Shown: positions 53,336 through 63,769, counted from the first letter of the stretch. The stretch is DNA of 64,000 bases from an uncultured bacterium (GCA_963719415.1 OY970383.1:748100-812099); one strand, 5' to 3'. Numbers and translations: made by a program. The notes: a model not told the origin generated them from the sequence alone.

Positions 53336-55093
53336 TTAATTAATGGGATTCCACAGTTTAGCATAAGCGCCATTTTTCTCTAAAAGTATTTCGTGATTGC
53401 CTGATTCAACAATAGAGCCCTTATCAAGTACAAAGATAGTATTAGCGCTTCGTACGGTTAAAAGACGATGTGCAATAATGATAATAGTATGATCTGCCGC
53501 TAATGTACTTATTGATTGTTGAATTGCCAGCTCAGTCTCATTATCAACGGCAGAAGTTGCCTCATCAAAAATCAATATTGGTGATTTTTTCATAATAGCA
53601 CGTGCAATTGCAATACGCTGACGCTGTCCTCCGGATAAATTTTTACCATGTTCTTCTATTTTGGTATTATATCCCTGCGGAAGACTTTCAATAAATTCAT
53701 GAACCTGAGCCATTTTGGCAGCTGCAATAATTGCATTGTCAGAAGCTCCAAAAGTACCATACGCGATATTATCTGCAATGGTTCCTTCTGCAAGATACAC
53801 ATCTTGGCTTACCAAAGCTATTGCTTTACGCAAACTACTGAGTGTTACATCTTTACTATTATTGCCATCTATCAAAATTGATCCACTTGTTGGATCATAA
53901 AAACGCAATAAAAGCTTAACAATCGTACTCTTTCCTGACCCTGTAGCTCCAACAAAAGCAACTATATTCTGGGTAGGAATCTCAAAAGACACGTTATTAA
54001 GTATCTTTACATCATTAGAATAAGAAAAAGAAACATCTTGAAACACTACATTACCACGAACTGAATCTATATCCAAAATATTCTTGCCGCCCAGCAAAGC
54101 CGGCTGACTCTCTAATACACTAAGAATACGTTTAGCACTAGCAGTTGTCCTTTCATACATATCAGTAATGGTCGCCAACGAAGTAAATGGCCACAAGAAT
54201 CGTTGTGTTAAAAAAACTAATGCAGCATACCAGTTAATAGGAATAATGCCTTGTAACGCATATATGCCTCCTACAAGCAACGCCATAATAAATCCTACCA
54301 TTATTGCCATACGTACAATAGGAATATAAAAAGCATTTATTTTACTTGCTTTGGCATTTGCTTTTAGATAAAGATCACTTTGCTGCCGCAAAAGACCAAC
54401 TTCATACGTTTCCGTTGTATAGCTTTTAATAGTAACAATGCCCTGCAATCTATATGCCATATGGCTTGCTAAATCACTGGAATAGTGACGTACCGATTCA
54501 TACAAAACAGCTAACTTATTTTGATAATAATAAGCAAGACCAATAATAACCGGTATAGGTAATAAAGTTAGTATTGCTAAAATGGGAGACAAATAAAAAA
54601 ACAATAATCCCATAACAATAATGTTAACGGTTAACTGTATAATCTCATTCGGACCCTGGCTAAAAAACTGCTCTAATTGATGTATGTCTTCCTGCAAAAT
54701 ATTGAGTAATCCGCCGGTTGTTTTATTCTCAAAATAAGCAATATCAAGATTTTGCAAATGAGTATATGTTTTTAAACGAAGATCATGTTGAATCTCTTGC
54801 GCTAAACTCCGCCAGGTAATTGCATAAAGATATTCAAAAACCGACTCTAAAATCCATAATAGTGCCGTCAAAGCGCCTACTAAGTAAAGTTGATAAAAAG
54901 GGTTTATAATTCCCAGTTTTGCCACCAAAGAATGTTGTTGATTTACAATAATATCTATTGAAATACCTATCAATATTTCCGGCACTATATCACACAACTT
55001 ATTCAAGACTGAACAGATTGCAGCAAAAAATACTTTACTTTTATTTGGTGATGCATAGTGCAATAGTTTAATTAAAGGGTTAACTCGTTTCAT
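53336..55093 (-). CDS. ABC exporter, fused permease/ATPase (MsbA/MdlB-like type)
   Basis: Six-TM N-terminal half. Walker A GATGSGKST, signature LSGGQRQRIAIARA, Walker B ILIFDEATSAVD. ATG 55093 with a GGAG RBS, 7 bp after the GntR stop. Confidence 0.88.
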   Translation of the reverse strand: MKRVNPLIKLLHYASPNKSKVFFAAICSVLNKLCDIVPEILIGISIDIIVNQQHSLVAKLGIINPFYQLYLVGALTALLWILESVFEYLYAITWRSLAQEIQHDLRLKTYTHLQNLDIAYFENKTTGGLLNILQEDIHQLEQFFSQGPNEIIQLTVNIIVMGLLFFYLSPILAILTLLPIPVIIGLAYYYQNKLAVLYESVRHYSSDLASHMAYRLQGIVTIKSYTTETYEVGLLRQQSDLYLKANAKASKINAFYIPIVRMAIMVGFIMALLVGGIYALQGIIPINWYAALVFLTQRFLWPFTSLATITDMYERTTASAKRILSVLESQPALLGGKNILDIDSVRGNVVFQDVSFSYSNDVKILNNVSFEIPTQNIVAFVGATGSGKSTIVKLLLRFYDPTSGSILIDGNNSKDVTLSSLRKAIALVSQDVYLAEGTIADNIAYGTFGASDNAIIAAAKMAQVHEFIESLPQGYNTKIEEHGKNLSGGQRQRIAIARAIMKKSPILIFDEATSAVDNETELAIQQSISTLAADHTIIIIAHRLLTVRSANTIFVLDKGSIVESGNHEILLEKNGAYAKLWNPIN

Positions 55094-55100
55094 AATTCTC

Positions 55101-55787
55101 CTAAATAAAATTATTTTTTTTAAAATCTTTAATAACGTCTTCAATCGCACCATTAATATGGTAAATCATAAGAGCTTGAGCCTTTTTTTTATCTCGCGCA
55201 AGGACGGCTCGAGCTATTTGCTGATGCTCATGATTATTAATGGATAATGCATGCTTGCTGATTTGATATGCCATACGACAATAACGATCAAACTTCATAT
55301 ATAGATTACGACGAATATCAAGAAGTGTTGGCGAATTACATCCCGAAATCAGAGCAACATGAAAGTTATAATTACATTCAGCCCATTGAGCATAAGAATC
55401 AAATTCTTTTTTATTTTCTAATAATGAGAGCTTATGAAGCTCTGCAACTATCAAAGCTTCCCAACCTGCGTCTCCATGTTCAATGGCGAGCGCCAGCGCC
55501 ATATTTTCGATCAAAGTAAAAGTGGCATAAATATCTCGTATATTAGACTCGGATATGGTCGAAACCCGAAATCCTTTGTTATCTTCAACGTCTACCAAGC
55601 CAGAAGAAACCAGGCGAGATAACGCTTCTCTTACGGGACTTTGTCCAATATTAAAACGTTCTTTAATAGGCGCAACTTTAAGTTTTTGGCCTGGCTTGAG
55701 AATTCCTTGAATAATCTCACTTTGCAATTGCTCATAACATTGCTGAGCTAATGTGCTTTCACAAGAGAATATTATCTTTTTTCCCAT
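55101..55787 (-). CDS. GntR-family (FadR/FCD-type) transcriptional regulator
   Basis: Winged HTH LKPGQKLKVAPIKERFNIGQSPVREALSRLVSSGLVDVEDNKGFRV plus a helical C-terminal domain. ATG 55787 preferred over TTG 55799. Confidence 0.85.
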   Translation of the reverse strand: MGKKIIFSCESTLAQQCYEQLQSEIIQGILKPGQKLKVAPIKERFNIGQSPVREALSRLVSSGLVDVEDNKGFRVSTISESNIRDIYATFTLIENMALALAIEHGDAGWEALIVAELHKLSLLENKKEFDSYAQWAECNYNFHVALISGCNSPTLLDIRRNLYMKFDRYCRMAYQISKHALSINNHEHQQIARAVLARDKKKAQALMIYHINGAIEDVIKDFKKNNFI

Positions 55788-55851
55788 AAAACACCCCAAA
55801 AAAAATTAATATTACATTCTTCTATCTTTTTACTTTAGCGACAATTTTTTA

Positions 55852-55865
55852 TTTTGTCGACAAAA
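55852..55865. promoter_or_regulatory. 14-bp perfect palindrome, candidate GntR operator
   Basis: ttttgtcgacaaaa lies ~65 bp upstream of the GntR start. It fits the GntR-family GT-Nx-AC core. CGACAA half-sites flank it at 55839-55844 and 55869-55874. Confidence 0.4.
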
Positions 55866-56198
55866 AAACGACAACTTTTTTGCCATAAAGTAAAAAATGC
55901 TAATCAATGGCATGCTTGATGGTGGTCTTGGTTGAAATCAAACCAAAAAGCGACAATATCATTCTTTTTACCAATTATATTGTATTATCCAGGGTGACTC
56001 TTTAAAAAAATTACAATCTAAGCTGTATGTAAATAATTAATCTAACAAATCAAATTCTCGCACTTTACTATCACTGGGGTTAATTATAAAGTCTATTATT
56101 CTAAAAATTGTAGTACCAAGACCTGGATTCTCATCTAACAACTCTTGCAATTGTATGGAAAATCGCTCATCACAAACAGTTTGTTAACAACCATCATT

Positions 56199-56378
56199 CT
56201 AAACAGAGTCGTCTATAGGCAATTCTCTTCCTGGCTCATACTCTGCAAATGCTAATTGAAAGCCATCTTCTTCTTCTTCAGCCATATGCGCAATCTGTTG
56301 CTGCCCAAACTCATCCGCTGAAAACAATGTATGCGAAACAAACAAAAAAGTTATTATTAAAATAAACTTATTCTTCAT
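56199..56378 (-). CDS. small secreted acidic peptide (59 aa), hypothetical
   Basis: Not in the ORF track (below its length cutoff). AAGGA RBS, ATG 56378. MKNKFILIITFLFVSHTLFSADEFGQQQIAHMAEEEEDGFQLAFAEYEPGRELPIDDSV. Confidence 0.35.
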   Translation of the reverse strand: MKNKFILIITFLFVSHTLFSADEFGQQQIAHMAEEEEDGFQLAFAEYEPGRELPIDDSV

Positions 56379-56531
56379 AATATATCCTTTTCCTTTTATA
56401 ATTTTTTTAGCTCATCATTCAATAATATAAAAAAGTAGGCTAAAATAGCGCTTTCTATTTTTTCTTTAAAATAGTACAATAGTCAATATAAAATAAACAT
56501 ATAAAAATACAAAAAACTAGGCGCTACATTC

Positions 56532-57464
56532 ATGAATATAAACAAGTTTAATCTATTATGTTCTCTATTGTTAATAGCCAACTCGTACACCATAATCGCA
56601 ATGGATGAAGAAAATAAAGTTATAGCTGAAGAGGCAACAATATCAGAAAAAAAAGCAAACAAAAATGCAACTTTTCTTGCTATACAAGCAATGCACACAA
56701 TAGCAAAATATATGGCTACAAATAAAAAAAAACATAACAATACAAATTTTATATTGAAAAATGAAGATGGACCTGTACCACTTTACACGGTCACACAACA
56801 AGGTCTTTTTTTATCAACTGCTAGTAATTGTCTGTGCCGGGTACATACTCCTTGGGGGGACGAGGGTATTTTTAATGTACACGGTGAAAAATCTCAACGA
56901 TACGACGAATTTTTGTCTGTATTTCAAGCATTCAAGCGAGCTGGAATAAAAATTGAATTTATAAAAAATACTGGCGAAAAACGTAACTATGAAAAAATTC
57001 GTTTTTATAAACATGATCCTTTGCATGATAACTTAAAAATAGAAATTTCTGAAAAAATACTGAATGAATGCAGAGGAACCGATACATTCATAACAACCGA
57101 TTCTTGCGGCTGCGAGTCAATTTACCGAATTATATCGGTAAACAAACGAGAATTGCCTCCACCGATATATGCTCTATACTATCCAACTTACGATCGTAAT
57201 TTAGTTGTTGATTGGAATTTGCGAAAAAGTATTTTTGAATATGATAGAGGGCAAATTGAAATACAGCAACTATATAAACTCACTCCTGAAAAAATACGTA
57301 TTCTTGATATTGTAAAAAAAATTAAAGGTTTTGCTGGCGCACATACACCACAACTTGCCTATCAAGCGTTTATGTCTCCAGCAGAAGAGAATAGTCAATT
57401 GGAAGCACCCAACTCTCGCCATATTCCAAAAGAAAATTATCTCAAAAGTTGTTTGATTTCATAA
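56532..57464 (+). CDS. hypothetical secreted protein, tandem paralogue 1
   Basis: Signal MNINKFNLLCSLLLIANSYTIIA. Alignable over its full length with 57499..58452. Confidence 0.6.
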   Translation: MNINKFNLLCSLLLIANSYTIIAMDEENKVIAEEATISEKKANKNATFLAIQAMHTIAKYMATNKKKHNNTNFILKNEDGPVPLYTVTQQGLFLSTASNCLCRVHTPWGDEGIFNVHGEKSQRYDEFLSVFQAFKRAGIKIEFIKNTGEKRNYEKIRFYKHDPLHDNLKIEISEKILNECRGTDTFITTDSCGCESIYRIISVNKRELPPPIYALYYPTYDRNLVVDWNLRKSIFEYDRGQIEIQQLYKLTPEKIRILDIVKKIKGFAGAHTPQLAYQAFMSPAEENSQLEAPNSRHIPKENYLKSCLIS

Positions 57465-57498
57465 AAAAAAAATACAAAAAAAATTAGGCGCTACATTT

Positions 57499-58452
57499 AT
57501 GAATATAAACAAGTTTAGTCTATTATGTTCTCTATTGTTAATAGCCAACTCGTACACCATAATCGCAATGGATGAAGAAGATAAGATTGCAATTGAAAAA
57601 ACAATAATATCAGAAAAAAAAGCAAACAAAAATGCAACTTTTCTTGCTATACAAGCAATGCACACAATAACAAGATATTATGTGGCTAGAAATAAAAAAA
57701 AACATAACAATACATTTTTTATATTGCAAAATGAAGATGATGGGCCTATACCATTTAACGATGCCACACAACAAGGTCTTTTTTTATCAACTGATGATGG
57801 TATTTATCTCTGCAGGGTGCATACCCCTTGGGGAGGAAGTAAAGTTTTTATGCTACAGGGTGAAGAAGAAGAAGAATCTCAAAGATACGACGCATATTTA
57901 TCTGTATTTCAAGCATTCAAGCGAGCTGGAATAAAAATTGAATTTATAGAAAATACGGGCGAAAAATGTAACGACAAAAAAATTCGGTTTTATAAACATG
58001 ATCCTTTGCAGGATGACTTAAAAATAGAAATTTCTAAAAAAATACTGAATCAATGCAGAGGAACCGATACATTCATAACAACCGATTCTTACAGCTGCAA
58101 TTCAATTTATCGAATTATATCGGTAAACAAACGAGAATTGCCTCCACCAATATATGCTCCATACTCTTCAACTTACGATCGTAATTTAGTTGTTGATTGG
58201 AATTTGCGAAAAAGTATTTTTGAATATGATAGAAAACAAATTGAAATACAGCAACTATATAAACTGACTCCTGAAAAAATACGTATTCTTGATATTGTAA
58301 AAAAAATTAAAGATTTCGCTGGCGCACATACACCACAACTTGCCTATCAAGCGTTTATGCTTCCAGCAGAGGAGAATAGTCAATTGGAAGCACCCAACTC
58401 TCACCATATTCCAAAAGAAAATTATCTCAAAAAAAGTTGTTTGATTTCATAA
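57499..58452 (+). CDS. hypothetical secreted protein, tandem paralogue 2
   Basis: Signal MNINKFSLLCSLLLIANSYTIIA. Long identical stretches with paralogue 1 (e.g. SVFQAFKRAGIKIEFI, RELPPPIYA, YDRNLVVDWNLRKSIFEYDR, QIEIQQLYKLTPEKIRILDIVKKIK). Confidence 0.6.
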   Translation: MNINKFSLLCSLLLIANSYTIIAMDEEDKIAIEKTIISEKKANKNATFLAIQAMHTITRYYVARNKKKHNNTFFILQNEDDGPIPFNDATQQGLFLSTDDGIYLCRVHTPWGGSKVFMLQGEEEEESQRYDAYLSVFQAFKRAGIKIEFIENTGEKCNDKKIRFYKHDPLQDDLKIEISKKILNQCRGTDTFITTDSYSCNSIYRIISVNKRELPPPIYAPYSSTYDRNLVVDWNLRKSIFEYDRKQIEIQQLYKLTPEKIRILDIVKKIKDFAGAHTPQLAYQAFMLPAEENSQLEAPNSHHIPKENYLKKSCLIS

Positions 58453-58550
58453 AAAAAATACAAAAAAATTTACTAAAATCAGGCTCATAATATCATAAAA
58501 AAAATACAAAAAAATTTACTAAAATCAGGCTCATAATATCATAAAAAAAT
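58447..58550. repeat. tandem repeat, about 2.2 x 46 bp, beginning at the stop codon of 57499..58452
   Basis: tcataaaaaaaatacaaaaaaatttactaaaatcaggctcataata recurs at 58447 and 58493 and partly at 58539. Its first ~20 bp also match the junction after paralogue 1 (57459-57480). Confidence 0.85.
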
Positions 58551-58596
58551 ATAGATTTTTATTGGTTTACTTTTACCATCTAATTTCCATTTTTTT

Positions 58597-58863
58597 TTAC
58601 CTCTGATACCACGGCTCTCTTTCTTTTCTTTTTTTTTCTTTAAGTATCATTAAATCTCGTAAATAGATTTTTACCTCTTTATCTTCTTCCCTTTTTTGTG
58701 CTTTCAAGTCTCTTTTGTTTGCTCTTTCATCATTTCTTTTTTGGCGAGCTAAAATTTGCCTAACCCCTTCACTTGGCTTACTGCCGCGATGAGTATTATA
58801 ACCGGCAAACAGGTCTCCTAAAAAAAAATAAACACTAAATAGCAGAATTAAAAATAATTGCAT
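58597..58863 (-). CDS. hypothetical small protein with an N-terminal TM and a K/R/E-rich tail
   Basis: MQLFLILLFSVYFFLGDLFAG, then a charged low-complexity tail. Confidence 0.4.
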   Translation of the reverse strand: MQLFLILLFSVYFFLGDLFAGYNTHRGSKPSEGVRQILARQKRNDERANKRDLKAQKREEDKEVKIYLRDLMILKEKKRKEREPWYQR

Positions 58864-59202
58864 ATAAAATCCTAGTTTAAAAAATTTATATAAATTTATA
58901 ATATTTTATGAAAACATTAGTTTTAATGCAATATATACAAAAAAATTTGTTAAATTAAAGTTTTCACACACTACCATTTATAGTTTGTTTTTTTGTCACA
59001 TTCTTTTTGCCCCATTCTTTCAGCCCTTTTTTACTCTATTATACTTACAAACTTAGATAATTAATAAAAATAAAGTAATATCTAAAGTGAAAATAAAAAA
59101 TAGGTAAACCTATATTCAATTAAATAGCGAACTTTTAAAATTAATTTTTTTAACAAGTTTAGTTATTTTTTAACTTTCTGCTAAATCTTTCAAGCGTGAG
59201 GT

Positions 59203-59980
59203 TTAGGACCTAACTAACTCCGTCGCTAACCCTAGGACACAAAAACATTCGACTGCTACACCAACATAAAACCATTTTTTTAATGCACAAAATTGCTTTT
59301 CTTCTTTCTCCATAAAAACAGCCTTTTGCTTCAAGTCAGAAATTTGACGTTTTTGTAAAGCCACAACATGATTAAAAAATTCTTTTGTAAAATTATCTAA
59401 AGGTTTTGAACAATCAACATAATTATCTCCGTCTTGATTCGATTTAATTTCTCCGCTTTCGACTATTTGACTTGTAATTAAATGCACTTTTTCCTTTATA
59501 GGCATATGCTGTGGTACATCTAGTTTTTTTGCTAAAAAAGCTTCCAAATAAAAAGGCTGACGCCAATTTTTTTTTGACAATACATCAAAAAAACTTTTTT
59601 CCAAGCCCGCTTGATAAAGCACGGTAATTTTTTTATTATTATTCATAGAATCAAAATTAGAATACCAAAGAGGATTTAAAGAATAACTATTTTTATACTC
59701 AATCGGCTCAACTTTTTCGCGAAAAAGCCTTCTATCATTGAACCCCAAAGTTACATGATAAGCTTTAGTAATAAAGATATCACGTTGCAATGCAACCTCT
59801 TGCTTTTCACAGTGCCTTGCTAATATCATTAATACCCAATCTGCTACTGCCCCTCTTTGTCAAAAACCAACTAGATGCTTTACTGGCGTTATTAATAGTA
59901 AAAACAATATTATCATCTACAGCAAAACTCGGTTGCATTGTTATACTGGCTAATAAAAATAGAAATAACCAAAAACCCAT
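59203..59980 (-). CDS. hypothetical protein with an apparent frameshift near its 5' end
   Basis: ATG 59980 with a GAAGGA RBS, 15 bp after the aspS stop, opens a signal-peptide ORF (MGFWLFLFLLASITMQPSFA...) that stops at ~59807. The 208-aa ORF 59203..59829 continues in another frame and has no signal peptide. Confidence 0.4.
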
Positions 59981-59994
59981 TATATCCTTCTAAG

Positions 59995-61773
59995 CTACTT
60001 GATTTGTGGCACCAACTGTAGGCCATACTCTAACAAATGCTTATTATCAATGCCAGTTGGCGCATCCATCATTAAATCATAGCCGCGTTGTGTTTTAGGA
60101 AACGCTATAACATCACGAATAGATTGCGACCCTGTCAACAACATGACAAATCTATCTAAACCTAATGCTATACCGCCATGAGGTGGAAAACCTAATTCTT
60201 GAGCTTCTAATAAAAAGCCAAATTTTTTCTCTGTTTCTTGTTCGGTCAACCCTAAAAGATCAAAAACTTTCTGTTGCATATCTCGGTGATGAATACGAAT
60301 AGATCCACCGCCAAGCTCAACGCCATTTAATACGATATCATACGCACGCGCTTTCATATCAGCAGGATTCAAACTTTCCCACCCTTCTTGTGGCGAAGTA
60401 AACGGATGATGTACCGCATTATAACAATTCGTTTTTTCATCGTATTCAAAAAGAGGAAAATCAACAACCCATAAAAAATTATATTTGCTGGTATCTATAA
60501 GACCTAATTCATGACCAAAAGCCAATCGTAAACGACCCAAAACTTCCCAAGCACTCTTGTATTGATCGGCAACTAAAAAAAGCGTGTCGCCCGCTTTTAA
60601 ATCAGGTAATAAAACTTCCGCCTGCTTAAGAAAATCTTCTGGTAAAAATCTAGCAACTGGTGATTCAATTTTGCCATCTTTGTTAACTCGAATCCAGAGT
60701 AGCCCTTTTGCTCCATGTTTGTGAGCTTTGTTCACCCAAGAATCTAAATCAGAACGAGAGAAATCATGCTCTTTTATATGTAGGCACCCAACTTTGCCAT
60801 TTTTACTAAGAATATCTTTTAAAAATGCTAATTCTGTTGTTGCAAACAGTTGAGTTATATCATTAATTTTTAATTCAAATCTAGTATCAGGCTTGTCGTT
60901 ACCATAATAATTAAAAGCATTATCATATGTCATACGAATTAAAGGCAAACTAATCTCTCTATTCATAACTTTTTTTAATACATAGGCAAGTAATTTTTCG
61001 ATAATAGTCTGAATGTCTTCTTCTTTAATGAATGACATTTCTATATCAAGCTGGGTGAATTCTGGTTGTCTATCTGCACGTAAATCTTCATCTCTAAAAC
61101 AACGTGCGACTTGAAAATATTTTTCCATGCCACCAGCCATTAACAATTGTTTGTATAGCTGTGGTGATTGTGGCATAGCATATACCGATCCTTTATGCAT
61201 GCGCGAAGGAACTAAAAATTCTCGTGCGCCTTCAGGCGTGTTTTTAGTTAATATCGGTGTTTCGATTTCACAAAAACCTTGCTCATGCAAAACTTCACGC
61301 ATTGCAAAAATAATATTATGCCTCAAAATAAAGTTGTCACGGACTTCTGGTCTTCTTAAATCAATGTAGCGATATTTAAGGCGTAATTCTTCTTCAACAT
61401 TACTTCCTTCTTCTAGAGAAAAAGGTAGTGTCTTAGCTTTATTTAATATTATAAGATGTTCAACCTGCAACTCAAATTTTCCCGTAGCCATTTCATTATT
61501 CATGGTTCCAGCGGTACGTTCAACTACTTTACCATATACTGAAACAACATACTCAGCTCGTAAAGAATGCGCTAACTCATGAACAGCATTATCAAAGGTA
61601 GAATTAAAAACAAGTTGCATAAGACCACTTCGATCTCTTAGATCAATAAAAATAAGTCCTCCATGATCTCTCCGTCGATGAATCCAACCAGATAGACCAA
61701 TTGATTTACCTAAAAACGTTTGATCAACAAGTCCACATCCGACAGAGCGAGTAATAGTGCGGGCAATTTGCAT
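59995..61773 (-). CDS. aspS: aspartyl-tRNA synthetase (bacterial type)
   Basis: 592 aa: GWIHRRRDHGGLIFIDLRD, FRDEDLRADRQPEFTQLDIEMSF (motif 2), GGGSIRIH, GFPPHGGIALGLDR (motif 3). Confidence 0.95.
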   Translation of the reverse strand: MQIARTITRSVGCGLVDQTFLGKSIGLSGWIHRRRDHGGLIFIDLRDRSGLMQLVFNSTFDNAVHELAHSLRAEYVVSVYGKVVERTAGTMNNEMATGKFELQVEHLIILNKAKTLPFSLEEGSNVEEELRLKYRYIDLRRPEVRDNFILRHNIIFAMREVLHEQGFCEIETPILTKNTPEGAREFLVPSRMHKGSVYAMPQSPQLYKQLLMAGGMEKYFQVARCFRDEDLRADRQPEFTQLDIEMSFIKEEDIQTIIEKLLAYVLKKVMNREISLPLIRMTYDNAFNYYGNDKPDTRFELKINDITQLFATTELAFLKDILSKNGKVGCLHIKEHDFSRSDLDSWVNKAHKHGAKGLLWIRVNKDGKIESPVARFLPEDFLKQAEVLLPDLKAGDTLFLVADQYKSAWEVLGRLRLAFGHELGLIDTSKYNFLWVVDFPLFEYDEKTNCYNAVHHPFTSPQEGWESLNPADMKARAYDIVLNGVELGGGSIRIHHRDMQQKVFDLLGLTEQETEKKFGFLLEAQELGFPPHGGIALGLDRFVMLLTGSQSIRDVIAFPKTQRGYDLMMDAPTGIDNKHLLEYGLQLVPQIK

Positions 61774-61828
61774 TTCAATATCCTTCTATTTGAAGCTATA
61801 AGTAGGCTATCTATCTCTTTTTTTCTAA

Positions 61829-63769
61829 CTAAAACTTGAACTGAACGCCTAAATTAAATGTATACGCAACATTATTACCAATATTAGGAATACGAACATC
61901 AATTGCTCCCGTAACATCAAGGCTATCTAACTCTGCTGCCTGTTCTTTATTTAATGGACGTCCCTTAATATCGGTAAAATGAGTCCCTGGAATAAAAATT
62001 GAACTAGTGCAGAATAATTTCATATCTCTAAACAGATAGTACTCAAGAAAAAGATTACCTTCAAGACCTAAATAAGCACTTGCTTTTTCTGGCAACTCTT
62101 TTTTAGTAATTGCATCAAACTTATTAATTTTAGAGTATTCCCAGAACATAAGTAAGTTAGGCCATACTAAAAATTTATTCTTACTAGCAGTCGGTTCCCA
62201 TTTCAAACTAGTACCCCAGAAAATGAGATTAGAGAAATTCGATATTGTTTTAGCAAATGTTCCTGCCTGATCTCCCTGAGGAATAGACAAAGGACGACCT
62301 ACTTTGCCAGTTCCTAAAAAGTGAGCTGATTTAACCCGCGTTCCATTATAAGCCTCTTGCAATGGAATAAAGCCAGAATAAACACAATTATTTCTGTCTA
62401 GATTCGGATCCTGATCACCAGAGCTAACCCCTGCAGCAACTGCTAGTTTCAAATCTTTTTCATAGAGCCAGCACGCAGCATCACCGACAGCCATAAATCC
62501 TCTATATTGATTACTATGCGGATTACGGTATCTATTAGGCGCATTAACCAATGAAACCGGCCCTTCTATCCCTGCCTTAGGCAGAAAACCAACAGAAGCA
62601 ACTTCGCCTATAGCTTTACCATTAAGGGATTCATCTTGCTGAGTTTTATTGCGATTGATAATAAGTTTTTGAGCTTCGCTTTTAGGAACAAATGGAATAT
62701 TATTACCATTGCCATCAGTAACATGTGTATTGATAAATGCAAGTTTAGAATTAATATTGGTTGTGCCAACTTGAGTTCTATCCCACCCCAATACTTTTTG
62801 TCTGCCAATATTAAATCCACAATCAAAACCGAATTCAAACAAATTATGTACATATTCACCAGCCAGACCAAATGTGGCTAATTTACTTGATGCGTCAGCA
62901 ACAAATTCAATCTTTTGCTCTGGGTCATGATTATAAAGACCATAAGGCTCAAGAATCAATTTACCATAAGTACCGTCAAGAGCTTTCCACTTTAAGCGAC
63001 TAGCAAAAACAAAATTTATTTTGCCAAATCCTCGCTGAGGGCTATCGTAATGATCATATTCTTGGCCACGAATTTTTTGTGCAGTTTCAGCAAAATTATT
63101 ACATTTATTTTGCAAGATAGCTAAATAAAAATCATAATGTAATTTTTTAGCAATAAAATCACCTTCTAGCAACGCACCACACGCAAATTGATCAACAAAT
63201 CCGTCAGAATAAAAACCTAAATAGTTAGGGCCTACTGCATAAGCATCACCCAAAGAAATACCACGCCCCAACTGAAAAGGAAAAGCTCCAACTTTAAAAT
63301 GATGCGACGTATCAAAATTAAGACCTAACGCTTTGCCAACATTAATATCAAGCCATGCTTCTCGCATCCAGAAAATATAACGAGGAATACCGTGATTGTG
63401 TTCTTGGCCAACAGCATCCAAAATCTTGGTTTCAGCGTTTATAGTTTTAATAGTACCATCGTTGCTACCCCAAAGTCCGTTATTACGTAACACAAACTGA
63501 AATTCAGCAACGGCATCATTATATATGTCTTTGAGGTACAAAAGATGCGCCTTAACATCTAATTTATGACGCCAATAAAGAGCTTGGTCATAGGGAATAC
63601 TATTATTAAGCAGTCTAATATGCCGTCCATAAAAAGTCTCTTGAGAATACATACCAGAAAAATCATATAACCAATCACTTGTTTTAACCTGAACCTGCGG
63701 TTGAGACAACAACGTAAAAGTATTAAAAACAAAACAGATAAACAATATAAAAACATTCGCCTTCTTCAT
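61829..63769 (-). CDS. outer-membrane beta-barrel protein, family unresolved
   Basis: ATG 63769 with an AAGGA RBS. Signal MKKANVFILFICFVFNTFTLLS. Alternating beta-strand-like pattern, aromatic-rich, with a C-terminal ...YTFNLGVQFKF ending in Phe. Confidence 0.6.
   Translation of the reverse strand: MKKANVFILFICFVFNTFTLLSQPQVQVKTSDWLYDFSGMYSQETFYGRHIRLLNNSIPYDQALYWRHKLDVKAHLLYLKDIYNDAVAEFQFVLRNNGLWGSNDGTIKTINAETKILDAVGQEHNHGIPRYIFWMREAWLDINVGKALGLNFDTSHHFKVGAFPFQLGRGISLGDAYAVGPNYLGFYSDGFVDQFACGALLEGDFIAKKLHYDFYLAILQNKCNNFAETAQKIRGQEYDHYDSPQRGFGKINFVFASRLKWKALDGTYGKLILEPYGLYNHDPEQKIEFVADASSKLATFGLAGEYVHNLFEFGFDCGFNIGRQKVLGWDRTQVGTTNINSKLAFINTHVTDGNGNNIPFVPKSEAQKLIINRNKTQQDESLNGKAIGEVASVGFLPKAGIEGPVSLVNAPNRYRNPHSNQYRGFMAVGDAACWLYEKDLKLAVAAGVSSGDQDPNLDRNNCVYSGFIPLQEAYNGTRVKSAHFLGTGKVGRPLSIPQGDQAGTFAKTISNFSNLIFWGTSLKWEPTASKNKFLVWPNLLMFWEYSKINKFDAITKKELPEKASAYLGLEGNLFLEYYLFRDMKLFCTSSIFIPGTHFTDIKGRPLNKEQAAELDSLDVTGAIDVRIPNIGNNVAYTFNLGVQFKF

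Noticed and set aside
56040-56200. Possible gene remnant downstream of the 59-aa peptide ORF on the minus strand (frame reading ...QLQELLDENPGLGTTIFRIIDFIINPSDSKVREFDLLD)
   Set aside because: It has no start codon, no recognisable motif and is separated by stops from the upstream ORF. It cannot be supported as either a CDS or a pseudogene from sequence alone.
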